Shown here: positions 38,310 to 48,329 of the stretch, in pieces | How positions within the stretch are numbered: the first letter of the stretch is position 1 | Layout: each line of letters opens with the position of its first letter | Source: Fimbriimonadales bacterium | GTDB lineage: Bacteria; Armatimonadota; Fimbriimonadia; Fimbriimonadales; JABRVX01 | Assembly: GCA_045862955.1 (NCBI GenBank) | Contig: BTVI01000012.1 | Location: 18,453-82,452, forward strand | Reading direction: 5' to 3' | DNA: 64,000 nucleotides | Notes under the pieces: model-generated | What the model was told of the DNA's origin: nothing | Databases searched by the model: none | What the model saw: the letters and a program-made list of their open reading frames with translations, nothing else | Position numbers and translations under genes: made by a program

Positions 38310-39293
38310 GTGCTGCTTCCCAGTCCGATCTACACACTTCTGCTTCAGCGTGGTGCCCGTCTGCAGGGCATGGAGATCACCGACTTCGGCGATCCCGTCC
38401 GCGAGTACGAGGCAATGGACAAGGCCGCCGGCCTCGTGGACCGTTCCTACCTAACGAAACTGCGCATCGCTGGCTCCGACGCCGCCGAGTGGCTTCAGGG
38501 CCAAGTGAGCAACGATGTAACCAAGCTGCAGCCGGAAGGAAGGCTCTCTTGTCTCGTCTGCACGCCAACCGGGCAGATCGTCGCGGACTGCTCGGTGTGG
38601 CGCGTGCAGGACCACTTCGTGATGCTTGCGCCCGGCTCACAGCGAACAGCCTTGATCGAGCGTCTCCAGCGGATGCTCGTCTCAGAGGACGTGCGCATCG
38701 AGGACGTCACCGAGCGCTATGCCCTGCTCTCTTTGATCGGACCCCATGTTAGCAAGGAGTGGTCCGAAGGCCACCCCTTCGGACCGACGAACGCGGTTCG
38801 TGGGAACGGCCTGGACGTGCTGGTCGCCAACGAAGGCGAGCAGGATTTCCTGGCGTCGCTGGTGGAGCGGGCGGCTCCCGTCGGGACCATTGCCTATCAC
38901 GTGCGGCGCATCGAGGACGGCGTCCCGCTGTATGGCGTCGAAATGGATGCCCGCACGCTGCCCCAAGAGATGGGTGCCGATTTCGAGCGCGACCACATCT
39001 CGTATACCAAGGGGTGCTACACGGGGCAAGAGGTGGTTGCACGCATCCACTCGCGAGGCCACACCAATCGGCAGTTGTGCGGCGTTCGCTGGGAGGCCGA
39101 TGTGCCGGTTGGGGCACGGGTGTTCGCGGGTAATGCCGAGGTAGGGATCGTTACCAGCACCTGCCGCTCCTTCGCGCTAGGCGTGCCCATCTCGCTGGCC
39201 GTGTCGAGGCGCGAGGCGGCAGAGCCGGGCACGAAGGTGCGAGCCGAAGGGGTCGAGGGCGAGGTCTGCGAGCTGCCCTTCGTGCGCAGATGA
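38310..39293 (+). CDS. ygfZ: Folate-binding YgfZ/GcvT family protein
   Basis: G.DA..WLQGQ.SND, RIEDGVP..G.E, ISYTKGCYTGQEVVAR. Confidence 0.9.
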   Translation: MLLPSPIYTLLLQRGARLQGMEITDFGDPVREYEAMDKAAGLVDRSYLTKLRIAGSDAAEWLQGQVSNDVTKLQPEGRLSCLVCTPTGQIVADCSVWRVQDHFVMLAPGSQRTALIERLQRMLVSEDVRIEDVTERYALLSLIGPHVSKEWSEGHPFGPTNAVRGNGLDVLVANEGEQDFLASLVERAAPVGTIAYHVRRIEDGVPLYGVEMDARTLPQEMGADFERDHISYTKGCYTGQEVVARIHSRGHTNRQLCGVRWEADVPVGARVFAGNAEVGIVTSTCRSFALGVPISLAVSRREAAEPGTKVRAEGVEGEVCELPFVRR

Positions 39294-40282
39294 GAGATAA
39301 CCTGGGCCCGGGTTGGCGGCGGGACTTCGCGATCCTGTGCCTGATGAACGTTTGCTGGGCGCCGGTGTTCTTCTTCCTGAAAGACCTGCGCGCGGTGATG
39401 TCGGACACCGGGGTCGGGCTGGCCCGCTTCGGTTATGCGGCGTCGTTCTTCTGGCTCGTGGTGTGGTCGCCTCGGCTCCGCCAGATGCTGCACATCCGGA
39501 TGCCGGTTAGCTGGGGCGAGCGCATTGGGAGCATGGTGATCGGTGCCGCGTTGGTCGCACCCGCGCACCTGATGTACTTTTGGGGTCTGAGCACCTCACT
39601 GGGCACCGAGGCGACGCTGCTCGGCGCGTCCGGTCCGATCATTCTGGCGCTGGCCGGAGCGGCGTTTCTCAGCGAGCGGCTGACGCTAGGCCAGTGGATC
39701 GGCGTCTTCCTCGGCTTCGTGGGCGTGTACGGTGTGGTGACGGGCAAGTGGGCGTGGATCGAGCTCGGGAGCACCAATCGGAGCGGCAATCTACTGGTGC
39801 TGAGTGGTTTCGTGCTGGAGACGACCGGTACGCTTCTCGCAAAGCCGCTAGTACGTCGCTCCTCTGGCCTCGGCTACACGGTCTGGTCGTTCACGGGAAA
39901 CGCGCTGGTGTTCGTGGGCCTCACCATTCTGTGGAACCGTCCCATGTTCACCGCGATGCCGGAAGCGTCGGACGTGCTGAAGCTTTTGTACTTGGCGGTG
40001 TTCTCTGCGAGCATTCTGTGGGCGGCGTGGTTCTGGGTAATGGAACGCCTTCCCGTCGGGCTGATGGGAGTGTCCCTCTATTGTCAGCAGATTGCCGCGG
40101 CGCTGCTGGGGTACCTGGTGTATTCCGATCGGCTTGCGGCAGCGGCCTGGCAGGGCGGTCTGCTGATCCTATTCAGCATCTGGCTCTGCACACGGAAGAG
40201 CGGTGCTCGGCGGGAGCCCGCGCGTGAGGCGGCTCGAGGTGATCGCGACGGTTCCTCTGCCACAATGGGGACGCGGCGCTAA
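39290..40282 (+). CDS. EamA/DMT family transporter
   Basis: About 10 TM helices in two EamA repeats; FLSERLT..QWIG. Confidence 0.85.
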   Translation: MRDNLGPGWRRDFAILCLMNVCWAPVFFFLKDLRAVMSDTGVGLARFGYAASFFWLVVWSPRLRQMLHIRMPVSWGERIGSMVIGAALVAPAHLMYFWGLSTSLGTEATLLGASGPIILALAGAAFLSERLTLGQWIGVFLGFVGVYGVVTGKWAWIELGSTNRSGNLLVLSGFVLETTGTLLAKPLVRRSSGLGYTVWSFTGNALVFVGLTILWNRPMFTAMPEASDVLKLLYLAVFSASILWAAWFWVMERLPVGLMGVSLYCQQIAAALLGYLVYSDRLAAAAWQGGLLILFSIWLCTRKSGARREPAREAARGDRDGSSATMGTRR

Positions 40283-40362
40283 GATTGACTTTGCCCGGGA
40301 GCGCTTGGCCCGACGCCCGTGGCTGCCGTGAACGACAGAGTGCCTTTAGTGGGAGAGTGAGA

Positions 40363-40719
40363 ATGCAAGGGAAACTGGGAGCCGTAATGCTGTACGCAGA
40401 GGATCACGTAGGGTTAGCTACGTGGTACCACGAGGTTCTTGGCTTGCCACCGGCCAAGCAATACGAGGAGACGCACCTAGGCTGCGTGCATGAAGACATG
40501 TACTTCGGGTTCAACCGGCACACTCCGCAGCCGGTCCCTGGGGCCGTGTCCCTGTGGTTCATCGTAAACGATTGCGACTCGGAGTTCGCTGCGGTCGAGG
40601 GCAGAGGCGGCGTGCCGTTACACGAACCGCACGATACGTCCTGGGGTGCACGCGTCTGTTGCTTCTCGGACCCCGCGGGCAACCGCGTGTGGCTATACAC
40701 CTATCTACCGAAGGAGTAG
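40363..40719 (+). CDS. VOC/glyoxalase family protein
   Basis: WYHEVLGL, EP.DTSWGAR...F.DPAGN. Confidence 0.85.
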   Translation: MQGKLGAVMLYAEDHVGLATWYHEVLGLPPAKQYEETHLGCVHEDMYFGFNRHTPQPVPGAVSLWFIVNDCDSEFAAVEGRGGVPLHEPHDTSWGARVCCFSDPAGNRVWLYTYLPKE

Positions 40720-40724
40720 ACGCA

Positions 40725-41675
40725 ACGGACGCTCGCGAGTTCTCGGCACGACGAGAGGCCGATTGGAAGAGGCTCTCCGAGCTATTGGATCGGGTGCGCT
40801 CCGGCAGGCGAGCCTCCATGACTCATGACGAATTGCGCGAGCTGCAGACGTTGTATCGCCGCGTCGGCAGCGACCTGGCTTACGCCCAGAGCAACATCAG
40901 CAACGAGCGGGTGATCGACTACCTCAACGACCTCGTGGCGCGAGGCCACGCGCTGATTTACGCTCCTGAACGAAAGAGCCCTGCGGCCGTGCTTCGGGAG
41001 TTGGCCCATGCGGCGCCACTCGCCCTTCGCCGGAGGATGGGCTACGTCGGCGTGGCAGCGCTGATCACCGCGCTGGGTGCAGGAGTTGGTGCGCTTGCCC
41101 AGAGTGTGGACTCGTCGTGGATGGACGCGATGGTGCCGGGGGAGCTTAGGCAGTCCATAGAGATCTGGCAGACCGGGCAGTTCCCCGAGGCGACAGGCTC
41201 CGAGCAGTTCGGGTTCATGGCTGGCCTGAACCTGAACAATAGCTGGGTGGCTATTCTGATGCTCGCGTCGGGCCTTACATTCGGGTTGTTGACCACGTAT
41301 CTGCTGGCGATCAACGGCATGGTGCTGGGAGTGGTGATAGTAGAGGTTGGCCGGGTGGGGCAACTGGGGCACCTGCTTTCCGGGATCGCTGCGCATGGTG
41401 TTCCCGAGTTCGGGGCGATCCTGATTGCCGGCGGGGGAGGACTGGTGCTGGCCGATGCGCTGCTTCGGCCCGGTGAGCTCTCCCGCCCCGACGCCCTACG
41501 GAAGGCAGGCCCAGATTGCTTCTGGATGATCGCCTTCGCCCTCCTGTTGCTAGTGGTTGCGGCTATCTTGGAGGCGTACGTATCTCACTCGACGCTGCCT
41601 CGGGGCATGAAGGTGGGCATCGCCGGACTGCTTCTGGTGCTGCTGGCGGGTTTCGTGTACGGCGTCAGGCGGTAA
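40725..41675 (+). CDS. Stage II sporulation protein M (SpoIIM/DUF95) family membrane protein; start uncertain
   Basis: W.RL..L, LYR....DLA.A, YLN.LV.R.H..IY, NN..V, NG.VLG, HGVPE, LE.YVS. Confidence 0.85.
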   Translation, partial: TDAREFSARREADWKRLSELLDRVRSGRRASMTHDELRELQTLYRRVGSDLAYAQSNISNERVIDYLNDLVARGHALIYAPERKSPAAVLRELAHAAPLALRRRMGYVGVAALITALGAGVGALAQSVDSSWMDAMVPGELRQSIEIWQTGQFPEATGSEQFGFMAGLNLNNSWVAILMLASGLTFGLLTTYLLAINGMVLGVVIVEVGRVGQLGHLLSGIAAHGVPEFGAILIAGGGGLVLADALLRPGELSRPDALRKAGPDCFWMIAFALLLLVVAAILEAYVSHSTLPRGMKVGIAGLLLVLLAGFVYGVRR

Positions 41676-41690
41676 GAAGTCGTACCGCTC

Positions 41691-41718
41691 GGCCCTGTCG
41701 GGTCGGTCCGACAGGGCC
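41691..41718. terminator. Hairpin between convergent genes
   Basis: GGCCCTGTCGG...CCGACAGGGCC. Confidence 0.55.
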
Positions 41719-41727
41719 GTCAGTCCC

Positions 41728-42837
41728 CTATCCTACCGACATAGGCATGATCACGTACAGGAAACTGGGTTGGTCCACTGCCGGCTTCAGCACTGCGGGG
41801 CGTACCGGCTCCGTCATCTCTACGCACACGCCCTCCGAGCCGAGCACGCCCAGCGCGTCCAGCATATAGCGAGCGTTGAACGCAACCCGGACGTCGCCTC
41901 CGTCCGCGGCAATCTCCAGTCGCTCCGTTGCCGTTCCGAAACCCTCGGCTCGAGCGGAGAGTGTGAGCACCTGGCCCTCGCTCTCGAACGTCACGCGGTG
42001 GGATGCCTGCTTAGCCACGATGTCCGCACGCTTGATGGCCGCGGAGAACTCCTCGGTGGGCACCGTCCACTTGCGGTTGCACTCTTGCGGTACGACCCGC
42101 TCGTAGGCGGGGAAACCGCCAGGGATGAGGGTTGCGACGAGGCGGTCTCTTCCGACCTCCATACCTATCCGATTGCCTTCGATGGCGATCTGCACCTCGG
42201 CGTCGGGGCCCGCCCCGGAGTGGATCAGCGTGTCGAACGCGCGCTGCGGAATGATGGAGCTGATGCTGAGACCCGAAGCACCGGACGGAGCGGGGGCCGT
42301 GCGCATCGCGAGGCGGTGCGTGTCCGTGGCGACCATGCGAATTTGGCCGCCCTCGCACTGGAAGAGTACGCCCGTCAGGGCGGGCCGTGCCTCGTCCTTC
42401 GAGACGGCGATGCTTACCTGATCGAACATGTCCTTCAGAAGGCCCAGTGAGATGCTCATCGTGGCATCAGGAGCGAACTCCGGCATGGGCGGAAATTCGT
42501 CGGCACTGAGGCCCATCAGCGTGTATCGCGCGCTGCCGGACCGGACCTCGATCTCGTTTCGCTCGCCGATGGTAATCTGCGCGTCCCCGTCCGGTAGAGC
42601 AGACAGAATCTCGGTGAACATGCGTGCGGGGACGGTAGTGGCACCCATCTCCCCTGGAACCGACGGGAGGGATCTTCGGACCCACATCTCCAGATCGGAG
42701 GACATCAGGGCTATGCCGTCGTCCTCCGCCGCCAGCCAGACGTTCGAGAGGATGGGCAGCGTGCTGCGGGCCGACACTCCCTGGCCGACGAACTGCGCTG
42801 CTTCGAGTAGGTCCTTTCTGGGACATGTGATCTGCAT
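41728..42837 (-). CDS. dnaN: DNA polymerase III beta sliding clamp
   Basis: STLPILSN, SDLE, EARPALTGV, VATDTHRLA, FPAYERVVP, AFNARYMLDAL, VIMPM. Confidence 0.96.
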   Translation of the reverse strand: MQITCPRKDLLEAAQFVGQGVSARSTLPILSNVWLAAEDDGIALMSSDLEMWVRRSLPSVPGEMGATTVPARMFTEILSALPDGDAQITIGERNEIEVRSGSARYTLMGLSADEFPPMPEFAPDATMSISLGLLKDMFDQVSIAVSKDEARPALTGVLFQCEGGQIRMVATDTHRLAMRTAPAPSGASGLSISSIIPQRAFDTLIHSGAGPDAEVQIAIEGNRIGMEVGRDRLVATLIPGGFPAYERVVPQECNRKWTVPTEEFSAAIKRADIVAKQASHRVTFESEGQVLTLSARAEGFGTATERLEIAADGGDVRVAFNARYMLDALGVLGSEGVCVEMTEPVRPAVLKPAVDQPSFLYVIMPMSVG

Positions 42838-42930
42838 CTCGGTCACTTCCTGCTTCAAAATCGTTTTATGGACTGGCTTTATTCTGCGCCGTTCCGCCGG
42901 AGCCCTGCAAGTTCGCTAATAGGTGGCATC

Positions 42931-43827
42931 TTAGACGCGCACCGCCTTCGCTCCCGCTTCCAGCAGGCGCAGGTTGCCCGCGTTGGTGCTGTCGTATTCG
43001 GGCCACTCGCACGCCGAAACCTTACGGCCTTGCGAAAGGGCGTGCAGGCCGATCTCTTGCATCACACCGCCCTCGCGCACCTCTACGAAGAGCAGCTCCT
43101 CCGCAACCGCGGCGATCAGCCAGTCACGTGCTTTGTTGTGCACGCCGAGCAGGTGATCTCCGGGACGGTGCGCCGAGATGACGAGGTCGGTCTGCGGGTC
43201 GAACCGATATCGCCACAGCCTCGCCGTGGAGAAGGGTTCGCGGTCCAGCTGCTCGCTAAGCGCATCGAACATACCGCAATCCAGCACGAGAATCCGCGGG
43301 CTTCCCCAGCGGAGCGGAACCACGGCTGCTCGGCGATAGGCAGTCGTGTCATGACCCGCTACCAGCACTCCGGGCTTCAGGACCCACTTTTCCACGATGC
43401 GCTCCAGCCGCTGCAGTGCGTCCGCCGTGGCGTCACGCGACGCTAACGCCGCGAGCGTGGGTCTGTCGAACAGCGCGCGATTGCCGAACAAGTAGAGCAC
43501 GGTGGGCGGATCCGGGTGTCGTTCCGCCACGCAGGCAGGGTAGGAGGCATCGTGCCGGGTGACCCACTCGACGCCGAGCGTCCGCAGCTTCTCCTCCGTG
43601 GGCCCATACGTCTCCTCGAGCGCCGCGAGGGGTCTGCTGAGCGCCGCTGCGACCGAAGCGCTCAGGCCGAAGCCTTCTCGCTTTCGGTCCGCGGGCAGGC
43701 GGAGAAACTCCTCGGGGCTTAGCCCTCGTAGTGCGAGCCGGTCCAGGATTCTGCCGATTCCCTTGTTCCCCAGGCGCGGGGTAAGGCTTAGCCAGAGGAC
43801 GAGGCGTCGAACGGGAACCTCGGCCAT
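42931..43827 (-). CDS. dprA: DprA/Smf-like protein (divergent)
   Basis: SYP......DPP.VLYLFGN..L, SRDAT, LVIS...P, ARD.LIA, VEV...G; no C-terminal winged helix. Confidence 0.75.
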   Translation of the reverse strand: MAEVPVRRLVLWLSLTPRLGNKGIGRILDRLALRGLSPEEFLRLPADRKREGFGLSASVAAALSRPLAALEETYGPTEEKLRTLGVEWVTRHDASYPACVAERHPDPPTVLYLFGNRALFDRPTLAALASRDATADALQRLERIVEKWVLKPGVLVAGHDTTAYRRAAVVPLRWGSPRILVLDCGMFDALSEQLDREPFSTARLWRYRFDPQTDLVISAHRPGDHLLGVHNKARDWLIAAVAEELLFVEVREGGVMQEIGLHALSQGRKVSACEWPEYDSTNAGNLRLLEAGAKAVRV

Positions 43828-43839
43828 CAGCCCTCCTAG

Positions 43840-44940
43840 CTACTGCCTATAGCGTCGCAGGAACGAGGGGATGTCTATCGTCTCTTCTTCCGCAGGCTGA
43901 TTTACGCGCGGTGCCTCGGCTTGCGTCGCTGCCGCCTGGGCTTGGCGCATGTGCTGCTCGAGACGGAAGCCTCCGTCTCTCTCGCCGTGTCGCGGAAGCC
44001 CTGCTGCTAGAACGATGACTCGTGCCTGGCCTTCCATCGCCGGATCGCAAACGTGGCCCATGATGATGTTGCCGTCGTCCGGGTCCACGAACTCCTGGAT
44101 GTAGGACATCGCGTCGTTGGCTTCTCCCAGCGTCAGGTCCTCTCCGCCGGTCAGGTTTACGAGCACCCTGCTCGCGCCTTCGATGCTGCGTTCCAACAAG
44201 GGGCTGGAGACTGCTCGAGATGCCGCATCCATCGCCTTGTTGTCGCCTCGTCCGTGGCCGATACCCATCATCGCCGGGCCCGCGTCGCTCATGATGGAGC
44301 GCACGTCGGCGAAGTCTACGTTGATGACTCCTGGGACCAGCACGATGTCCGTGATGCTTTGCACCGCCTGCCGCAGCACGTCGTCCGCATAGCCGAACGC
44401 CTCGTTGAGGGTCGTGGTCTTGGAGACCACGTCCAGCAGCCTGTCGTTCGGCACACAGATGATGGTGTCCACCGAGTCCCGCAACTCGGCCACGGCCGCT
44501 TCGGCGTTGCGGCACCGCTTCGGCCCTTCGAAGGTGAACGGCTTGGTGACCACGGCGACGGTGAGGGCACGCTCTTCACGGCAGATTCGGGCTACGACAG
44601 GCGCTGCTCCCGAACCGGTACCTCCACCCATGCCGCAGGTGACGAACGCCATGTCCACACCGGCAACGCAAGCCCTAATCTCTCGCTCGGCAGCCTCGGC
44701 CGCCTCACGTCCGATCTCCGGGTTGCCTCCGGTGCCGAGTCCCCTGGTGATGTCCTGGCCGATCGGCAGCCGGGTGGGAGCCGAAGACCGGGCCAGCGTC
44801 TGCACGTCCGTGTTGAGTGCGACGAACTCCACGCCGGCGACGTTCGCACCAATCATTCGCTCCACGGCGTTGCACCCGCCGCCCCCGATACCAAAGACCT
44901 TTATGCTAGCCTGCACGTCGTACAATCCCCTTTGCTGCAT
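43840..44940 (-). CDS. ftsZ: Cell division GTPase FtsZ
   Basis: GIGGGGCNA, GMGGGTGSGAAP, PFTFEG, INVDFADV, C-terminal IDIPSFLR. Confidence 0.97.
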   Translation of the reverse strand: MQQRGLYDVQASIKVFGIGGGGCNAVERMIGANVAGVEFVALNTDVQTLARSSAPTRLPIGQDITRGLGTGGNPEIGREAAEAAEREIRACVAGVDMAFVTCGMGGGTGSGAAPVVARICREERALTVAVVTKPFTFEGPKRCRNAEAAVAELRDSVDTIICVPNDRLLDVVSKTTTLNEAFGYADDVLRQAVQSITDIVLVPGVINVDFADVRSIMSDAGPAMMGIGHGRGDNKAMDAASRAVSSPLLERSIEGASRVLVNLTGGEDLTLGEANDAMSYIQEFVDPDDGNIIMGHVCDPAMEGQARVIVLAAGLPRHGERDGGFRLEQHMRQAQAAATQAEAPRVNQPAEEETIDIPSFLRRYRQ

Positions 44941-45706
44941 TTGCCGTAGTCATCCATGATTTCGACCCGACGGCCGTCTCCCCTTGGCGAATCTCGCGCG
45001 TCGCGAGTCGAAAAGGCTCGAGTAGGTCCGGGGTTCGCGGCGACCGCACTACTCGTTCGCTGTCGGGCTCTGTCAGACCGGTGCTTCCACCCATCCGAGC
45101 ACAGCGCGACGACCATTCCGACATGGGGCGTCCGCTTGACAATTGCCCCACCTGCGCGATGCCACTCACCCTACGCCGGATCTGCCGGCGACGAAACACT
45201 ACTCGAGCCGATGCCGCGTTGCGGCGACACCCTATAGGCTACACAGGGAGTGGCGTGGAAGTCAACACCTCGACTTATGGCAACCATCTGGAGTCTGGGG
45301 TGATACGGGCGTTACAATGCGTGGGCCGTCGGCCCGGCGGTTTCATCGTTTTGGGGCCGTGCGCGAAGTTGCCGCGAGCCCTAACGCCCCACTAATAGTT
45401 ACGCTTTTTGTCACTGCCGGAACGAAAGTACCAATGGGTAGATCGGAGGTCGCCGGCGACATTTTTGAGAATCTTGTTTCGATTCGCACTGAACGAGTGA
45501 GCGGAGAAATCAGTAGAAATCAGCTCATATTTGCCCGAGGATGGACTTGGTCGGACTCGCGGACTCCTTGACTCGCAGCCCTCGGCTTGTCTAGACTAGT
45601 GGTGTTGATGAGATGCGGCGGCCACCCCCCGGTGCGCCGTGATGGCCAGAATAGGCCCATTACCTTACACTTATTATGCCATTTTAGGCAATTGTTGGGA
45701 GAAGTT

Positions 45707-46762
45707 GTGAACTGCGAGTATGCGACCAAGGCGGTTGATTGTGCGAACGGCCTCGGAGGGAACGGACAGCCGGCGGCATACAGGCTCGCTCTCCCCCGCG
45801 CCACGGATCCGGCAGTTAGGTTAGGCGACTGGGCACGTGGTATTACCAAAGCCCCCTACAACCTCGAGGCCCTTGCTTCGACTCAGCGATTCCTGGACTC
45901 GGGTGAGTCTCGGCTCCTCGTCTGCGGTCCCCAAGGCTCCGGAAAAACTCTCTTGCTTCACGCCATTCAGTCGGCGCTCGTAAGGCAGTCCGGTCGCAGG
46001 TCGGTACGGATGTACCGTGCCGATCAGTGGTTGCTTCAGCGGCAGCCCGTGCGAAATGTGCGGGCGCTTCTCGTGGACGATATCCATGCGATTCTCGTCG
46101 CAAGGCCGGCTGCCGAGGCACTGGCCGAGGCCGTTCGAGCAGTGGTGGACGATGGAGGTCAAGTCGTGCTGAGCTGCCTAAAGCCTCCGACGCCAGGGGA
46201 GCGTCAGCGCTTCGGGTTCGGGGGCGATGGTTGGAACCATGCCGTGCTGCATCAGCCAGGGCTTGCAGACCGCGTGATGCTCATGTCGCAGATGGCCCAG
46301 CAGCGTGGCCTTCAGCTCGACGATGAGGCGCTTCGCGTGATCGCCGAGCGCGTCCGCGGGGGCCTGAACGGTCTACAGGGAGCCCTCCACAGGCTGCTCG
46401 TGCTGCGAGACCACGCCGGGCATGCGGCGTTGAACCCGGCGAGGCTCGCGGGTCTTTTGGGCCCGCTGGAACGTGGGGGCTCCTATGCCGAGCTGCCCGA
46501 GGCGGTGGACTCCGTGCTCACCAAATTCGGGCTCGCCGGTGAGGAGAAGTTGGACTGGGCGGCGTTCTTGCTCACCCGGTACGCGAGTGTGACCGAGGCC
46601 ATTGCGGCCGACTGGCTCGGCGTAAGCCGCTCGCGAGTACACCATGGCGCTCGGCAGGTCGAGGCGATTACGGACATCGAACCTGGCAAGAAGGAGACGA
46701 TGCGTGCCGTGACCGCGGCGCTGGATGCCGAGATCCTGGGCCGCTCCACCCTACCGTGCTGA
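45707..46762 (+). CDS. Degenerate DnaA/Hda-like AAA+ protein (start uncertain)
   Basis: GPQGSGKTLLLHAI Walker A, LLVDDIH Walker B, G.QVVLS, QPGLADRV.L, LQGAL.RL, C-terminal HTH-like WLGVSRSRVHHG. Confidence 0.75.
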   Translation: MNCEYATKAVDCANGLGGNGQPAAYRLALPRATDPAVRLGDWARGITKAPYNLEALASTQRFLDSGESRLLVCGPQGSGKTLLLHAIQSALVRQSGRRSVRMYRADQWLLQRQPVRNVRALLVDDIHAILVARPAAEALAEAVRAVVDDGGQVVLSCLKPPTPGERQRFGFGGDGWNHAVLHQPGLADRVMLMSQMAQQRGLQLDDEALRVIAERVRGGLNGLQGALHRLLVLRDHAGHAALNPARLAGLLGPLERGGSYAELPEAVDSVLTKFGLAGEEKLDWAAFLLTRYASVTEAIAADWLGVSRSRVHHGARQVEAITDIEPGKKETMRAVTAALDAEILGRSTLPC

Positions 46763-46858
46763 AAACCGGCATAGGCCCTGCTGCTCCCCTCTGGCGCGCT
46801 TGCGGAACCTGGGGCATAATGAAGTGCCGAGGAAGGAACCGAACGCATTAGCCATGGA

Positions 46859-48244
46859 GTGGCGGTGAACACCACAGAATACGCGCTCGTGCAAGGGGCT
46901 CGACCTTTTGTACCGGCTATCGAAAGACGACCTGCGGACGTGAAGCTGGTTTCCGACGTCATGGAGGCGCCGCTCTGGCTGTGCCCCGACCATACGGTTC
47001 GAATGGCCCTCGCGATCATGAAGGGCCTTTCCGTTGAACTGGTCGCCATCGTCGAAGGCGGCGCGTATCTCGGCACAGTGGACTGGAAGGACCTGATTAC
47101 CGCGCCTCCCGACGAACCTCTGCTCCGGGTCATGCGCAAGGACGCCCCGTACCTTGCACCGGATGCCTCCGTTCGCGAGGCAGCCGAGATGCTGACGAAT
47201 CAGAAGCTGAGCAGGGTGCCCGTAGTCCGCAACGATGCGCTCGTAGGACTTCTGGGAGCAGTGAACCTGCTCGACGAGGTCGGGCGTTCCGAGGACCCGC
47301 TTACGGGACTCCCTTGGTCCGATAGTTTGCGCGAATGGGCGCTGGCCAAGTTTCGATCCGGCAAGGAGCTCTCCATCCTATTCTTCGACCTCGACAATTT
47401 CGGGCAGTTCAATAAGCGGTTCGGCCACCTGGTCGGCGACCACGTGCTGCAAGAGGTGGCCGGAGCTCTGCGCGAAGGCGTGGACCCCCACATGGATTTT
47501 CTCTGCCGATACGGTGGGGACGAGTTCACTATCGCAACCATGCGGCGGTCCGAAGCAGCGAACGCCCTCGCCGCGGACCTTGCGCACGCAGTGGCGTGCT
47601 TGCGCCCGAGCGGCTCCGAGGAGCCAATCACCGTGTCGTGGGGAGCGTTCGGCGGGCAGCGCGACCGAGAGCGCGAGGACGTTCACTACGCCGCAACACT
47701 CGACGCGCTCATCAACCAGGCCAGCAAGAACTGCCAGAAGATGAAGGACCGCAAGAAGGAAGAGGCGCAAGTGGCTCCTTCGGCGCAGGCCGTGGTCGCG
47801 GTGGATATCGGCGAGGTGGGGCCGATTACACTCCGGTCGTTGAGCGTGGTGGCAGGGGATGGGGACAGCGTGGCGTCGGTCGAGCTGCGAGTGGGGGAGA
47901 GCCTTTTCAGTGCTACGCTATCTGGCCCTCCGGACCGCGCCTCGACACTGAAGACTGTGGCGCAAGCGGTGGCGGATGCTATCAGTCATGCATTGCCGAA
48001 CGACTGCACGATGGTCGTGCACGATTGTCAGGTTTCGTCCGAAGTCGATGGTAGCGAGTTCGTTAGGGTCAAGTCCACGTTATATACCGCGGACGCCATG
48101 CGGGAGCTGACCGGATCTCACTCGGTGGAGGGCGATCCTCAACGGGCGGTGGCACTTGCAACGATCGCCTCCGCCCAGGCAGAAGTTCTCAGCGCTGTAG
48201 AACGTGGCTCCCTCCGCGAGAACGGCCCATCTCCGGTCACCTAG
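46859..48244 (+). CDS. CBS-domain diguanylate cyclase (GGDEF) with an extra C-terminal domain
   Basis: Tandem CBS repeats, DPLTGL, FDLDNFGQFNKRFGHLVGD, RYGGDEF. Confidence 0.92.
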   Translation: MAVNTTEYALVQGARPFVPAIERRPADVKLVSDVMEAPLWLCPDHTVRMALAIMKGLSVELVAIVEGGAYLGTVDWKDLITAPPDEPLLRVMRKDAPYLAPDASVREAAEMLTNQKLSRVPVVRNDALVGLLGAVNLLDEVGRSEDPLTGLPWSDSLREWALAKFRSGKELSILFFDLDNFGQFNKRFGHLVGDHVLQEVAGALREGVDPHMDFLCRYGGDEFTIATMRRSEAANALAADLAHAVACLRPSGSEEPITVSWGAFGGQRDREREDVHYAATLDALINQASKNCQKMKDRKKEEAQVAPSAQAVVAVDIGEVGPITLRSLSVVAGDGDSVASVELRVGESLFSATLSGPPDRASTLKTVAQAVADAISHALPNDCTMVVHDCQVSSEVDGSEFVRVKSTLYTADAMRELTGSHSVEGDPQRAVALATIASAQAEVLSAVERGSLRENGPSPVT

Positions 48245-48329
48245 CGCACCTCTCCTCTGGGGCTCACATCGCAACGAGACCGTACGGGCGGATTGCGTTG
48301 GTACGGGCATCACCGTATGCGAGTGAGAC

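Noticed and set aside
17264..41675. Sporulation capacity implied by prkA, yhbH, spoVR, spoIIM and divIVA names
   Set aside because: All of these families are widespread in non-sporulating bacteria
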